Shown here in pieces: positions 1 through 11,521 of a DNA stretch of 24,076 bases. The stretch comes from Neophaeotheca triangularis. Taxonomy: Eukaryota. Location: positions 124,001-148,076 of the forward strand of contig BAAIJX010000058.1 in NCBI GenBank assembly GCA_054600435.1. The letters run 5' to 3'. Position 1 is the stretch's first letter, and every line of letters starts with the position of its first letter. The position numbers were made by a program, and so were the translations under genes. The notes below the pieces were generated by a model, which saw nothing but the letters and a program-made list of their open reading frames with translations, was not told the DNA's origin and did no database searches.

Positions 1-2566
1 CCTCCTCGACCTGGGGCAAGAGGGCCTTGTGCCGTTCTCTGGCCTGTCATCTGGACTGGAAGAGCAGAGCACAAGAAAACCTCTATCCTCAAAACGACCA
101 TGGCTTCGCCAGACTTGCTGCTGATCGAATCGGGCCGGCCAACGATAAAAGCCTGGTAGACATTTCGTCATCCTGTTTCACTACTCACAGAGCGCTATCC
201 GGGGAATAGATGAAACGATTTCAGCCCACGACCGTGTGGTCCGTTACTGTAATGGGTAGATGAACGACAGGTGTAGCCACGCCAACAAACCCCATCAAGC
301 ATTGTGGAGAGCCCACTCTCCCCCACGACCCTGCACACATTTCTTCTCATCACGAATCGAGGCTGTAAGAACGTGCAGTTGAACTCTGATTAGAAAAAAG
401 TCGAAGTCGCGGTTCCATCATCCGCAATAATCCCCATCACGCGTCCGTGGACATGATAATCATTTGCCTCCAACGTTAGCTGGCAGCGAGTCTCGGCCGA
501 TTTGTTGAAACTTTTCAAGTCACGACCTAACGTCACAAGCTTTTTTTGGGCCTTCCGATGGCACCGAGGCATCCATGGAACTCGGAGTCAACCTTGTTTT
601 TGCTGTCATCGAGTTATTAATCAGAGTGGTTAGTGGAAGTTGTCGTGATGGGACATCTGTCACGAGAATGCGCGAGGCGCGAGCCAATGAGGAGTGGCAA
701 GGTTTCATGAGATTTCTACTACTGACGTGTCCCTGGCAATGTAGAAGGTAAGGTATAGTGGAGATTATTGAGGTGTGGTGATGGAAGAGGGTGGCCTAGA
801 CCAGATAGTAATGGTATTGATAAATACTGTACCCAGTATAACGTACGAGAGAGGTTTTTTCATGTTGGCTTCGTCTGGTGCTGTGGTTTCGATGCTGCCA
901 TCAACAACTCGTCCACATGCTCGTCCGTCTAGGAGCGATGGGTCTTGTTGGCGGGGGGCTGCCCCACTACGGGTTTTTTTCGTCTGCAGCCGGTCTCGGA
1001 TCTACTAAGAGCTGTCAGCAAGTACAATACCTGGTTACATAGTAGGTAGGTATGGTGTTCGATACACTACCTTATAGAGGAAAACCCGTGTACACCTGTC
1101 TGACTTTAGCAGCGATGGATCCTGCTATAAGAGTCGTCAAAACGTACACTTTGCCATGGCGACTACTTTGAACAACACTACCTTGGCAAGCAAAAGGATG
1201 GAAATTGCTCGAGCGACTCACCTAGCCCCAGATGCCCCCGCCTAGGCGACGAGGACACGTGGGATAGATGTGAGCTTCCACACCAGCGGATTTGTTAGGT
1301 AGCTTGTTCCTCGACTGCAGGTGTAGGTACTGCTTTCCCATCATCGGGTTCCACGTTCTACGGTACTAGGTGGTGATGACATGGCGGTAGGAATGAATAG
1401 TGGCAATTATTACATACCTTAGCTAAGTCCGGTCTTTACCATGTAAACACGTTACAACGTGTCTGCTGCGTATAGTAGATGATGATAACGCGTTTTCGTT
1501 CCTCCCTACAGTCGGGGTTCTCGACTTTGTCTCGCCTTACCAAGGTAAAGTACACCTAGGTATGGTAGGTATAGGTATGGTGGGGAAGGCAAGCCAAACT
1601 AACGCCAAGGATGACTCGTTTTCGCTAGGTACCTTACCTAGGTACTCCGAAAGATTGGCGTCGATCACTCCTCAATTCGTGACGAGGGACATCCGACTGC
1701 TTAGAGTCGCTGCTTCATGGCTAACGGCATTTGATTAAAGACGAGCTATAATCACCGAGGGAGGAAACAGCAACAGTAGTAGTAGTAGTGCTGTAACTAA
1801 CACACGGTTGCGGTCCTGCACGTCTACAGAACATCTATCTGTCAGTAGTCAAGGTTGTCTACCGGAATACCCTTGGAGCGTGCGTCTGCCATCTGCAAGC
1901 AGGACTTGCCTTATTATCAAGTTGGCACGGCTCGGCGGACTGGAGAGTTGACAGCGTCTCATTCGCGCAAGTCTGTTTGGGTTCTGCTAGGTACGGTTGG
2001 TACTCTGCTAAAAGGCGTAAAGGTTGCTTCGGTAGTAGTCATGTACTGTAGCTTTGCGGCAAAGCTCCAAGGTAGGTTGGTAGGCTTACTACTACTACTT
2101 AGTATGTACTACTAGAGTCGGAGGTCGAGCCCCACAAATTGAGACGAACCCCAACCTGTTCTCCTCACATAATCCAACGAATGAGAGCCCGATGCCTCAA
2201 GCCTTGACGCCATCTTGAGGGGACTCACTCCGGGGGAAGTTGGCCTCTGCGCACGGCACTCCGCATTCTCTCACACCTGCACTCACTACTCTACCTTGGT
2301 CTCATTTACTTGGTCATCATCCAAGCCTTCCGCTTACTCTTGCCTCTTGTCCGACGTTTTACTCTTTCATTGCTCTGTTCTTCTCTCCCTCGACGACAAA
2401 CACGTCCAAGACTCTCATCAAGACCCAATACCCGAGAGACCCTACATATCGCGACTCGCTTCTTCGACGCATGCCGACTGAGCCCTTTGAACTCGTTTCC
2501 TCCCCCTCGTCCCAAGGGTCTTTTTGCCCGGTCTGACAGCCAGCTGGATCTGGCCGAACTCGCAAA

Positions 2567-5546
2567 ATGCCTGGAATCCTTCCTATGAAGGTGATCAAGG
2601 TGGGCCAGGGAGCACAGAGTCGGATAGCGCAAGCGTGTGACCGTTGCAGGAGCAAGAAGATACGCTGCGACGGCGTGAGACCGACTTGCTCACAATGCGC
2701 CAACGTCGGCTTCGAATGCAAGACGAGCGACAAGCTCAGCAGACGGGCCTTCCCGCGCGGTTACACCGAGTCTTTGGAAGAGAGGGTACGTGGGTTGGAG
2801 TTGGAGGTTCGAGAGCTGAAGGACTTGCTCGATGAGAAGGACGAGAAGATTGACATGCTTTCGAGGCTGCATACACAATCTGGAGCAAACGCACAATTGC
2901 CCTCGCCTCGGCGGCAATCGAGTGCTTCGCTCGACCCGAGCGAGCGAAATAAGAGCACGAGTAGCGAGGAGCAATCGCCGACCAGAGGCGATACGTTCAA
3001 GGTGCAACAATCCCCGCATCTGCTCGATGGCGAAGGTTCAGACTCGTACTTTGCCGGCACATCGAACGGTAGAACTTTCGTTGACGCTTTCAAGCGCAAG
3101 GCAAAGGAAACCGGCCGTGACAGTGCCGCCATCGACACGGAGAAGTTGTTGGGCGGAGTACCAAAGAAACAGCCAGAAGCGCCACTGACGCCGGAATCGC
3201 CTCCTGTCTGGAAAGCTCCGCCACGGCTGGTATCCGATCAGCTCATCAACATCTTCTTCCAGGAATGGGCTCCTCTATACCCAGCCCTGCACCGCCCGAC
3301 GTTCCTCACACTCTATGAGAGGTATGTGGCGGATTCCGACTCCATCACCGATAAAGCGGAAATCGCGCAACTGAACTTGGTCTTTGGCATCGCAGCGCTC
3401 TCGAATGGGACCAGAAAGTCTACGGACCTTGATTCGTTCGAGTCGCAATGGAAAGCGGCGGTGAGTTCGATCATGGAAGACAGTTCGCTGGCGACTCTTC
3501 AGGCTCTGGTGCTGGCTCAAATATACTGCATTCAGCAGGGCGATTTGACCAGGCTTTTAACTTACAAGGGTCTCGCGACTGCGCTGTCTGCACGTTTGGG
3601 AATCCATCAGTCGCAGAAGCGCTTTGCTTTGGACACTTTGACTTGCGAGACGAGGAAAAAGGTGTTTTGGACGCTTTACACTGTTGACAGGTGAGTAGGA
3701 GATGATCACTACCATCGGGCCTTGCTGACACTCTCACAGCTTCTCCGCCGTCATGCTAGGATTGCCCAAGCACATCAAAGACGACGACGTTCACTGCGAG
3801 TATCCAGTCGATGCCGATGATGAGTACGTTACAGACCGTGGATTCCAACCGACGCTACCCGGCGAATCCACAAAGCTTTCCAGTGCTCTCGCTCTTTTCC
3901 GGGCAGCGCGTATCTTGTCCAAGGTGCTCGAGGAGGTGTTCCCGGCAAAGACGTCTTACGAGCTATCTTTGAGGAAATTGGCCGAGCTGTCAGATGAGTT
4001 GGAGACTTGGAGCAGCTCCTTGCCAGCACATTTGCGACTACATTTCGCCCAGGACAAACCAAGCACTGGAACCATTAGCAGCCGCTCGCCGCTCTTGTCA
4101 CTGGTCTTTCACTACATCCGCGCTTTGATCCAGCGACCTGTCGTCTGCGCCGATCTCGGTAGCCGCACCAGCTCCTCGCTGCTCACGCTGGCTAGTTCGT
4201 GCAAGGCAATGACCCAGATTATACAACTCTTGGACGAACGAGGCATGAGCTTTTCCGTCTGTCTGAACAGGGACGAGACTTTGGTTCTATCCGGTTTCGG
4301 TACACTTTTCCAATCCATCTCTCTCGACCCAGCTTCCAAGATACTCAAGGACAATCATAGGACGATTGCGGCTGTCGCAGATATCTTGGACAAATCAGAT
4401 GCGCCCTGCTCGACGGAGTTTAGACGCATTGCAAACTCGCACATGCCTGCCGAAGCGACCCCCGTTCCTGCGACCGCATCCAGGACTCAACCATCACCCA
4501 AGCAACGTCATCGATCTGAAAGCGACGCAACGGCGACTCCGGAAAGCAACAATCTACCATCATCAACTAGAAGACAACTCAAAGCCATTGCATCACGTTT
4601 TACCTCTAGTGCAATCGGCAGACCGTCCAAGGATGAAGTGCTTGATCGGCGGGCAACAATACCCAACTACCCCACCAGTTCCCAAACAAAGCCAGCAATC
4701 CAACCGAAGCCACCGCAAGAGCAACCGCAAATCGCTCGATCCGAACCTGCGCTCAGCCCGGCAAATAAATACATGCAACCCCCAACGATAACCCGACCGT
4801 CAGCACCACCTCGCATCCCGTCAAAGCCCCGGTCCATGTCACACGCGAACCTCGACTATCTCTCCTTTGGCACAGACATGGATCCATCGCGAATCACCCA
4901 AAACACAAACGCAAATGCAAACCCATTGCCAATGCAGCACCTCCCTGTCAAAACCGAGCCCGAACCCACGGATTGGGAAAAGCTTCTCGGCAGTCTCGAC
5001 AACGGCCAAACCAACATCTACGACGCCTGCTACGGCGGCCCACCCGTCGACGCGCTCCTCGAAACCCCCAACCCAAACCACCAACACCACCACCACCACT
5101 ACCACCACTCCAACAGCGCGCACCCACTCTCGCACTTCCAAACCAACCCCGCAGCCTACTCAACCCCAGCCCTCGAGGACATGACCTGGAACCCCGACCT
5201 CTGGGCCCTATGCCAAACCAACACCAACACCTCGAACCAATCCCACGAGACGCTCGCTTCAGGCACCCACCACAGTGTCCTCTCCTTCTCCACCGACGAC
5301 GAGTCCGGCAGCAACGGCGAGGACTTGTCATCGACCGTTGGCGGTGGCGATGGTGGTGGCGACTGGAGCCGCAACCCCAGCTCCGGCGACGGCAACGACA
5401 TTTACCGCGGCATCGTCATGCCTGAGCTCGGTCTCGGTCACGGTCTTGGTCTTGACGCTGCCGGGCTGCTGCAGCAGCAAGAGGGGGCCGAGACCCTGCA
5501 GCAGGGTTTGGGTGCCGATCATCAGTGGTTCGCTGCTTCTTTTTGA
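2567..5546 (+). CDS. facB: Zn(II)2Cys6 transcriptional activator of acetate utilisation/gluconeogenesis, FacB/Acu-15/Cat8-Sip4 family; exons 2567-3690 and 3740-5546, ~976 aa
   Basis: N-terminus [71 protein letters not shown] is the characteristic FacB/Acu-15 binuclear cluster plus linker and coiled coil; a fungal TF middle-homology region follows ([39 protein letters not shown]). Intron 3691-3739 (GTGAGT...GCTGAC...CAG, 49 nt) joins ORFs 2567..3694 and 3753..5546 in frame. Confidence 0.92.
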
Positions 5547-5684
5547 GAGGGTGTGCGACGACTTGCTTGGGTCATTGTGGTGATGAGAGGGATGGGAGTG
5601 AGTGAGGGATGGGATGGGAGGGGTTGTGGTTGGTTCTTTGAGTGTTTCTAGGTGTATGTTGTGTCCTTATGGTAGTGGGGTTTT

Positions 5685-5806
5685 GCTTGAGGCTTGAGGC
5701 TTGAGGCTTGAGGCTCGAGGCTCGAGGCTGGCTGGATGGATGGATGGATGGATGGATGGATTGATGGATGGATGGATTGATGGATGGATGGATAGATGGA
5801 TGGATG
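5685..5806. repeat. Compound microsatellite downstream of facB: (GCTTGAG)4(GCTCGAG)2 followed by an imperfect (TGGA)n tract
   Basis: Directly visible: 7-mer array 5685-5726; TGGA/GGAT array ~5733-5806 with a few TTGA/TAGA variants. Confidence 0.9.
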
Positions 5807-5957
5807 AATCTTGGAATTGCGAGAATTAACCTTTTTTTTTTTTTTGTGAGGGGTTACGATTTTGATGAAATTGCGGAGTTTTGCGGTTTGGAAGGAGTTT
5901 TGCGGTTTTGAAGGAAGGGGGTTCAACCGGGTTTGGTTTGGTTTGAGACAGAACTTC

Positions 5958-6190
5958 GATATCCTACGTAGGCAACGGTAAGGTAGTGTGCTTATTGATA
6001 TTTCTTCGTGGGTAACAGTATGTATGGTTGTTGATATTTCTATGGAAAGGCAGTAGTATGTTTGTTGATATTTCTATAGAAAGGCAATAGTACTATGCTT
6101 ATTGATATCCTACGTAAAGGCAATAGTATGCTTATTGATATTTCTATGAATAGTATATTTGTTGATATTTCTTACAGGTGATAGTATACT
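5958..6190. repeat. Degenerate AT-rich minisatellite, ~7 copies of a ~27-38 bp unit (consensus approx. TTGATATTTCTATRGAAAGGCAATAGTATGYTT)
   Basis: Recurring (T)TGATATYYCT anchors at ~5958, 5995, 6031, 6065, 6101, 6135 and 6162, several followed by AAAGGCA(A/G)TAGTA. Confidence 0.75.
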
Positions 6191-7010
6191 TAGGTTCTTT
6201 TTCGTTCGATCTCATTATTACAGGTTAGGGTTCCGAGACCTATTATTACGGGGTTCTTTAGATTATACGACAGGTAGTAAATAGCTAATAGTGTGCTCGG
6301 TTTTTTTTTTTTTTTTTTTTTATGAACGTGTTTAGGATAGACCGACTACAGTATCGTATGTAGGCAATAGTGCCTAACGCCTATTGATATTCTATATAGG
6401 ACATAGTAAACTTAGATGTTCTTTTCATTTTTGTTCGATTACTATCGTCGCAGTTTTTATGCTTATTACCTTTAGGGGTAGGTAGGATTCGACACTTATG
6501 TATAGGATTTCTTAGGGCGTACGAGGCATGTGTATAGCTGATTGTGTGTTTGTTGTAGCATATCTCCAGCAGGGAGGTATACCCATATCTTAGGCTTGAG
6601 ACGATCCGGGAAAAGGATACCTCATGGTTGTATCCATCTGACGGGTCTTTATCGTCTTGACGCATATCTCGTGCGAGAGTGAGTCAACGTTGGTGCTGGG
6701 CATGTACATGACTACCAGAAGACGAAGATCGTTCGGGACGGTGCAGGTTATCAATTCATGGGGACTAAGCAGACCCCTCGCGTTCGTGCATCCTTCGCGC
6801 GTCACGACAGCTGTGGCGAAGCAACCAGGCGTACAGTATGTAGCTCACACGTATGACTCTGTTTACACATGAATCGCTCGCTCTACGCGATAACTCATTA
6901 AAGTTGTAAAATAAGCTCTTAGATCTCAACCCTCACCTCCTCTTCTACTTCCACTTCCCTCCATCCCATCACAGAACCAAACAGAAAAACCCTGCCAACC
7001 CGCAAAAAGA

Positions 7011-8870
7011 ATGGAAACCACCGCCACAACCCTTCTCGACACCCTCCTCCAACACCCCCGCCTCCTCCTCCTCACCCTCCTCCTCCTAGCAATAAGCACC
7101 CACCACATCCGCACCCAATCAACCCTCTCCCACGACCGCGAGACCCTAACCGCGGCCCACGGCTGCAAACCACCACAAAAAGTCCGCCCGGAACCAATAG
7201 GCTTCCTCTTCCTCTGGAAAATCATCAGCGCCGCGCGCAAAAAGCAGATGCTGCAGTTTTTCCACCGTGACTTGCAAGGCCCAAACTCGACAAAAGTGCA
7301 GTATTCTTGGCAATTTGGGTTGGGGGTTTTCACAAACGATCCCGAAAATATCAAACATCTCTTGGTGACGGGGTTCGAGGACTGGTGAGTCTGGTTGTCC
7401 TGTCCAGAGGGTTGGGGAGGGGGTGCTCGTTGGGGCTGTCGTCGTTTGTTTCCCCCCGAGCGTCCGATCGTCAAGACACTTTACAATGGCAGCCCTAGCA
7501 AGATGCCCCTTTCCCACCGCAGCAGCAGTCCACGGCTAATTAATAACCTCCACCCCCTCCCAGGGCGGTCAAACCTACCCGCGCAGCCGCCGTCGGCGCC
7601 CTCCTCGGCAACGGCATCTTCACGACCGACGGCGCCATCTGGGCCCACTCACGCGCCCTCTTACGCCCGAATTTCGAAAAGCACCAAACCTCCAATCTCT
7701 GGCAATTCGAAAAACACATGCCAGGCCTCTTCGCCACGATGCGGGCTCGAGCCGGCGGCTCCCCGGCCGGGACCGTCGATCTGGCCGACGTCTTCCAAGC
7801 GCTGTCGATGGATACGGCGAGCGAATTTTTAATGGGCCAGAGCACGGGTGTTCTGGGCGGGGAAGCGGGGCGTGGGGTTGAGAGGGCCGCCCGGTTTGTG
7901 CGGGATATGGATTTTGCCATGGCCGACGCCGGGTCGCGTGTGAGGTTTGGGGTGCTGTATTGGCTGTGGCCGCGTTGGGGGGCTAGGAGGGCGATTAGGG
8001 ATGCGAGGGGGTTTGTGGAGGGGTTTGTGCAGAGGGCTGTTAATGCTGCTGCTGCTGCTGCTGCTCCGGAGGGGGATGGGGAGGGGGAGGGGCTAAGGGA
8101 GAACGAGGGGCAGGGTGAGAGGAAGGAGCAGTAGGTTTTTATCGACGAGTTGGCCGGGCAGAAGGTGGGTGTTGAGCGCATTCGGGACGAGGTTATGAAT
8201 GTCTTTCTTGCGGGGAGAGAGACTACGGCGACGCTTTTGAGTAATTTGTGGTTCTTTTTGGTTAGAGATGACGAGGTTTGGGCTAGGTTGAAGGAGGAAG
8301 TGGATGGGTTGGGTGGCGAGTTGCCTACGTATGAGACGCTGCGGGGGATGAAGTTTCTCAAGTATTGCGCTCAGGAGAGTAAGTCTACGGCTTATTGCTT
8401 TCCATCAACTCGGAGAACTAACACCACCCCTCCTTCTTCCAGCCCTTCGACTCTTCCCCCCAGTGCCTCTACTCTCAAAGATAGCGATACGCTCCACCAC
8501 ACTCCCCCGCGGTGGTGGTCCCGACGGCCGATCACCAATCTTCATCCCCAAAGGCGCGCCGGCAAACTACATCATGTACTCGACCATGCGATCGACAGAA
8601 GTCTACGGCGCCGACGCAGAGACCTGGCGGCCTTCTCGCTGGGAAGACCCCGATTTACGGCCGGGCTGGAATTATCTGGCTTTCGGTGGCGGGCCGCGAG
8701 TCTGTCTGGGCCAGCAGTATGCGCTGACTGAGACGTACTATGTTACGATTCGTATGGTGCAGGAGTTTTCAAAGGGGTTCGAGGTCAAGGATCCCGAGTG
8801 GGAGTGGAGGGAGAAGATGCAAATTACCATGTCTTCTGCTAATGGGGTCAAGGTTGGTCTGAGGGAGTAG
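7011..8870 (+). pseudogene. Cytochrome P450, CYP52 clan (alkane/fatty-acid hydroxylase-like); exons 7011-7384, 7564-8378, 8443-8870 (538 codons) with an in-frame TAG at 8132-8134; probable pseudogene or disrupted allele
   Basis: N-terminal membrane anchor; TNDPENIKHLL; LLGNGIFTTDGAIWAHSRALLRPNF; I-helix AGRETT; K-helix ETLR formed across the intron; TTLPRGGGPDGRSPIFIPKG (CYP52-clan signature); WRPSRW; heme motif FGGGPRVCLG. Introns 7385-7563 (GTGAGT..GCTAAT..CAG) and 8379-8442 (GTAAGT..ACTAAC..CAG). The frame continues unchanged across the stop: EQ*VFIDELAG. Confidence 0.8.
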
Positions 8871-9198
8871 GGGCTCGCAGGGTTTACGATTTTGATGATT
8901 AGCGCTGTTGAGGATACTGTACTCACCTCATTTGTACGATTGGATGGAACGGCATTCATATCCTTTGTTATTTTCTCGGCGAGTCAGTAAAGATGTTGCG
9001 GCCCCGACTCGATTCCGTGAGGGTTGCCAATCACTTTTGTCGTCCTGATTGCTGCAAGTGCGCGACACTCTGCGCGCAGTCCGAGACTGCCGAAAAGCCT
9101 CATCCACTACATCGCCAGACAAAGTTGAAGCGAGTGGCTTAAAATCACAATGTTAACCTCCGCAAGTACTCAAACTCTACAATAATACAAGAATAGTA

Positions 9199-11521
9199 TC
9201 AGCGGCTACCATAGTGACCATCGTCCCCCGAGCGTGGCTGTGGATTCCCTTCTTCCGACACGTTGCGAAACAGGAGCGAATGAGGTGTAGAAGCCGTGCC
9301 TTGAGAAGCTCCCTCAGTCAGTGGCGAGGGTGCATAGTCCCTTTCGTGCGTCACGGTACGTGCAAGACTTGGACGAGGTGTAGAAGCTGCGGCGTCTCGA
9401 TCGTCTGTACAGATCGCGTGGCCAGTCCTTTCTTGTAACTCGCCGGTAATTGTGCGCAAGAGAGTCGTGTGTGCTGTAGCTTGTTTGGGGTCTTCTCTGT
9501 CGTTCTCGTCTGGCGATGGCATTTGGTCGAATCGGACGGATGCCCTTGATAGGGGTTTAGGAAGCGGATCTTGCCCACTGCTGTAAGCGGTATCGTGGTC
9601 GATTTCCGCATTCCGCGCCGCCAGGAAGATGGTGGAGAAGTTATTGCTGTAGAATGCGCCGCTTGACCAGGTGATTGAGAAGCCCCAAATGACAGCCAGG
9701 GTAGCCACTGCAATGGCTACGCCGTATCCAAGCCAGAGCTTGCCGGCGGAGTATTCGTAGACGTTGTGGTACTCGCCGAACGTGACGTTCGTTGGTGGCG
9801 GCGCCCAAGGTGCGGACATGTTCCTATGACTGCACCCATCATTCAGCCATCAGCGGATGAAAATTACGGATGCCCAAGGGGTTTATTTACCGAAGTGATG
9901 GTGAGCTCAATAAGCTGACGGTCACATTTTGCATCAACTCTTCTATCGTGCTCTGTAGGGCGCCGAACTCAGCCTCGTTGCGGGCTCGTTTGGCGTCTTG
10001 GAGATGGTCCGTCATTTCGGTGTTGTTGGCTATCAGACGATCTTCAAGGAAAGGGTTAGCCGCCTCGATCCCAGAGACAAAGTTGAGCCGCTCTAGATTT
10101 CGAAATTCTGGAGTCAACGAAAGTATTGTTGACCTCACGTTACTTGTGAATTCGAGTCGAGGTGGTGAGCCTCCCGTGATCTGTCCTTCTCCTGAGAGGA
10201 TGCTTTTGAAAGCGTCCAAAACAGCTTGGTGCGACAGCCGGGCTAGTATATTTCGGTCTCGTTCACAGCTCGCATACTCGTTCTCGGTGCAGTTTTCAAA
10301 TGCCGGATTCCCGCAAAGCTGTAATAGGCGCTCAGATCATTGTGCGGCTCGCTTGTGCGCACGGCGACTTGCTGACGACCGTTGTCAAAGTTGAAGTCGA
10401 CAGAGTAAGTCACATTGTAAGGATCACATGCCAGGATGGTTGCTCCTTCTCCCAACTTGCCAAGTGGATGATTTTGCCAATAACTCTCGATAGTCTGGAG
10501 CGAGTAGTTCGCATAGGCCGGCGTAGATTGTTCAAACTTGCATGCCTCAGGTGCTTTTGCCTGGCCTTCAACAACGTCGAGCTGCAACATGCGTGGAAGT
10601 ATCGCCACATGTAGCGGTCCGTAGTATTCCGATGGTAGCGTTAACAGACCGTCATAGCCGACGACATAAGGTAATTGATCCACGCCGGCCCAAGAAATGT
10701 AGCCCCGTGGATTGTAGCAATTTCCCCCTTCGGCAGTGTAGTTCCTGATGCTCTCAAGCATCTGGAGTCGCTCGGTACCGTTCACGTTACCGCACTTTAG
10801 TGAAGGACCGAGGAACTCGATTGTCCAGCTCGCACTCGACGCTGGCGAATCGATGGGGAGTATCTCTCCTCGTGCTGCCGCTGCGAAGACAATACGTTCA
10901 ACCTCCTTACTGGGACCGTTATAATACCCCGCCCGGTCGATCGGTGCGAGGAAATTAAACGTGTTGAAATCCAGGGTGGGGACATTTACAAGCCTTGTGC
11001 CAGGCGCATTTCGCACGACTAGTGTTGCCGGGGTCACAATAGAGGCAAGGGGAATCATCCTTTTTTAATGTGTCAGCACCTTTCATGATCGCAGATTGCC
11101 GTAGTTCATACCATGTAAACAAGGCAAAAACAGCGAGCAACGGAAAACGCAAGGCAAAGGTGGGATGGCAAAGCGCCAACACATCCCGCAATGCGGCAGC
11201 AGACCGATCGATTCCTCCGAGGGTAACTTTCGCCGTATAATTTTCGGCCCTGATCATCTTCCAGAAAAGCTGGACGTAAGCCGCTGTCATAGCCGTGACC
11301 AAAGAAGCCTTGACAAGAAAGGCGAAGGCTGTACCAACGGCGATATTCAGCTGTTGGTCGGAAAGCTCCCAGCCGGCGAGTTCGTGGCCTTTGTCGTTGA
11401 TGGGGGACCCGTCCAGGTGCAAGTAGAACAGGTGATGTCCAGCAGCGAAAGCGATTCCAGCTATGAGGGGCAAGACCATGGTGGCGGGGGCTGCCCAGTG
11501 TATACCTCGCGTGTGTTCCAT
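9199..11521 (-). CDS. Uncharacterised fungal multi-pass membrane protein (~720-740 aa; two to three N-terminal TMs, large extracellular domain, C-terminal TM), with a frame disruption near 10243-10340
   Basis: Joins ORFs 10955..11521, 10243..11058, 9887..10219 and 9199..9819. Introns 11060-11111 (GTATGA..GCTGAC..AAG, giving FTW|MIPLASIVTPATL) and 9830-9890 (or 9824-9890; GTAAAT..GCTGAT..CAG/TAG). Motifs GHHLFYLHLDG, VGTAFAFLVKASL..AYVQLFW, C.PYNVTY.VDFNF.NGRQ, LSHQAVLDAF, IEELMQNVTVSLLS, YEYS..KLWLGYG and YSNNFSTI..AAR resemble, from memory, a widespread Pezizomycotina hypothetical membrane-protein family (not verified by search). Confidence 0.72.

Noticed and set aside
1..2215. Short ORFs (27..209, 390..572, 520..708, 775..1008, 1855..2115) upstream of facB
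   Set aside because: No recognisable motifs, several non-ATG starts, and the region is rich in TAGGTA/GTA simple motifs; best read as long promoter/intergenic DNA.
11..2236. SYGGRG (CreA/Mig1-like) hexamers upstream of facB
   Set aside because: Biologically plausible, but a degenerate 6-mer occurs this often by chance; no specific site can be supported.
5648..5926. 92-aa minus ORF with IHPS/QASSL repeats
   Set aside because: Translation of microsatellites, not a gene.
5958..6190. Repeat array as CRISPR-like
   Set aside because: Eukaryotic context, degenerate units without unique spacers, and no cas genes.
8115..8134. GTGAGA...TAG mini-intron that would remove the P450 stop
   Set aside because: Only 20 nt, not a multiple of 3 (would frameshift), and no branch point.
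8132..8140. Programmed stop-codon readthrough at the P450 TAG
   Set aside because: The 3' context GTTTTT does not match known leaky contexts (CARYYA, or TGA-CTA).
7540..8361. 273-aa minus-strand ORF overlapping the P450
   Set aside because: Antisense shadow of GC-rich coding sequence with low-complexity Ser/Pro/Ala content; the + strand has all P450 motifs.
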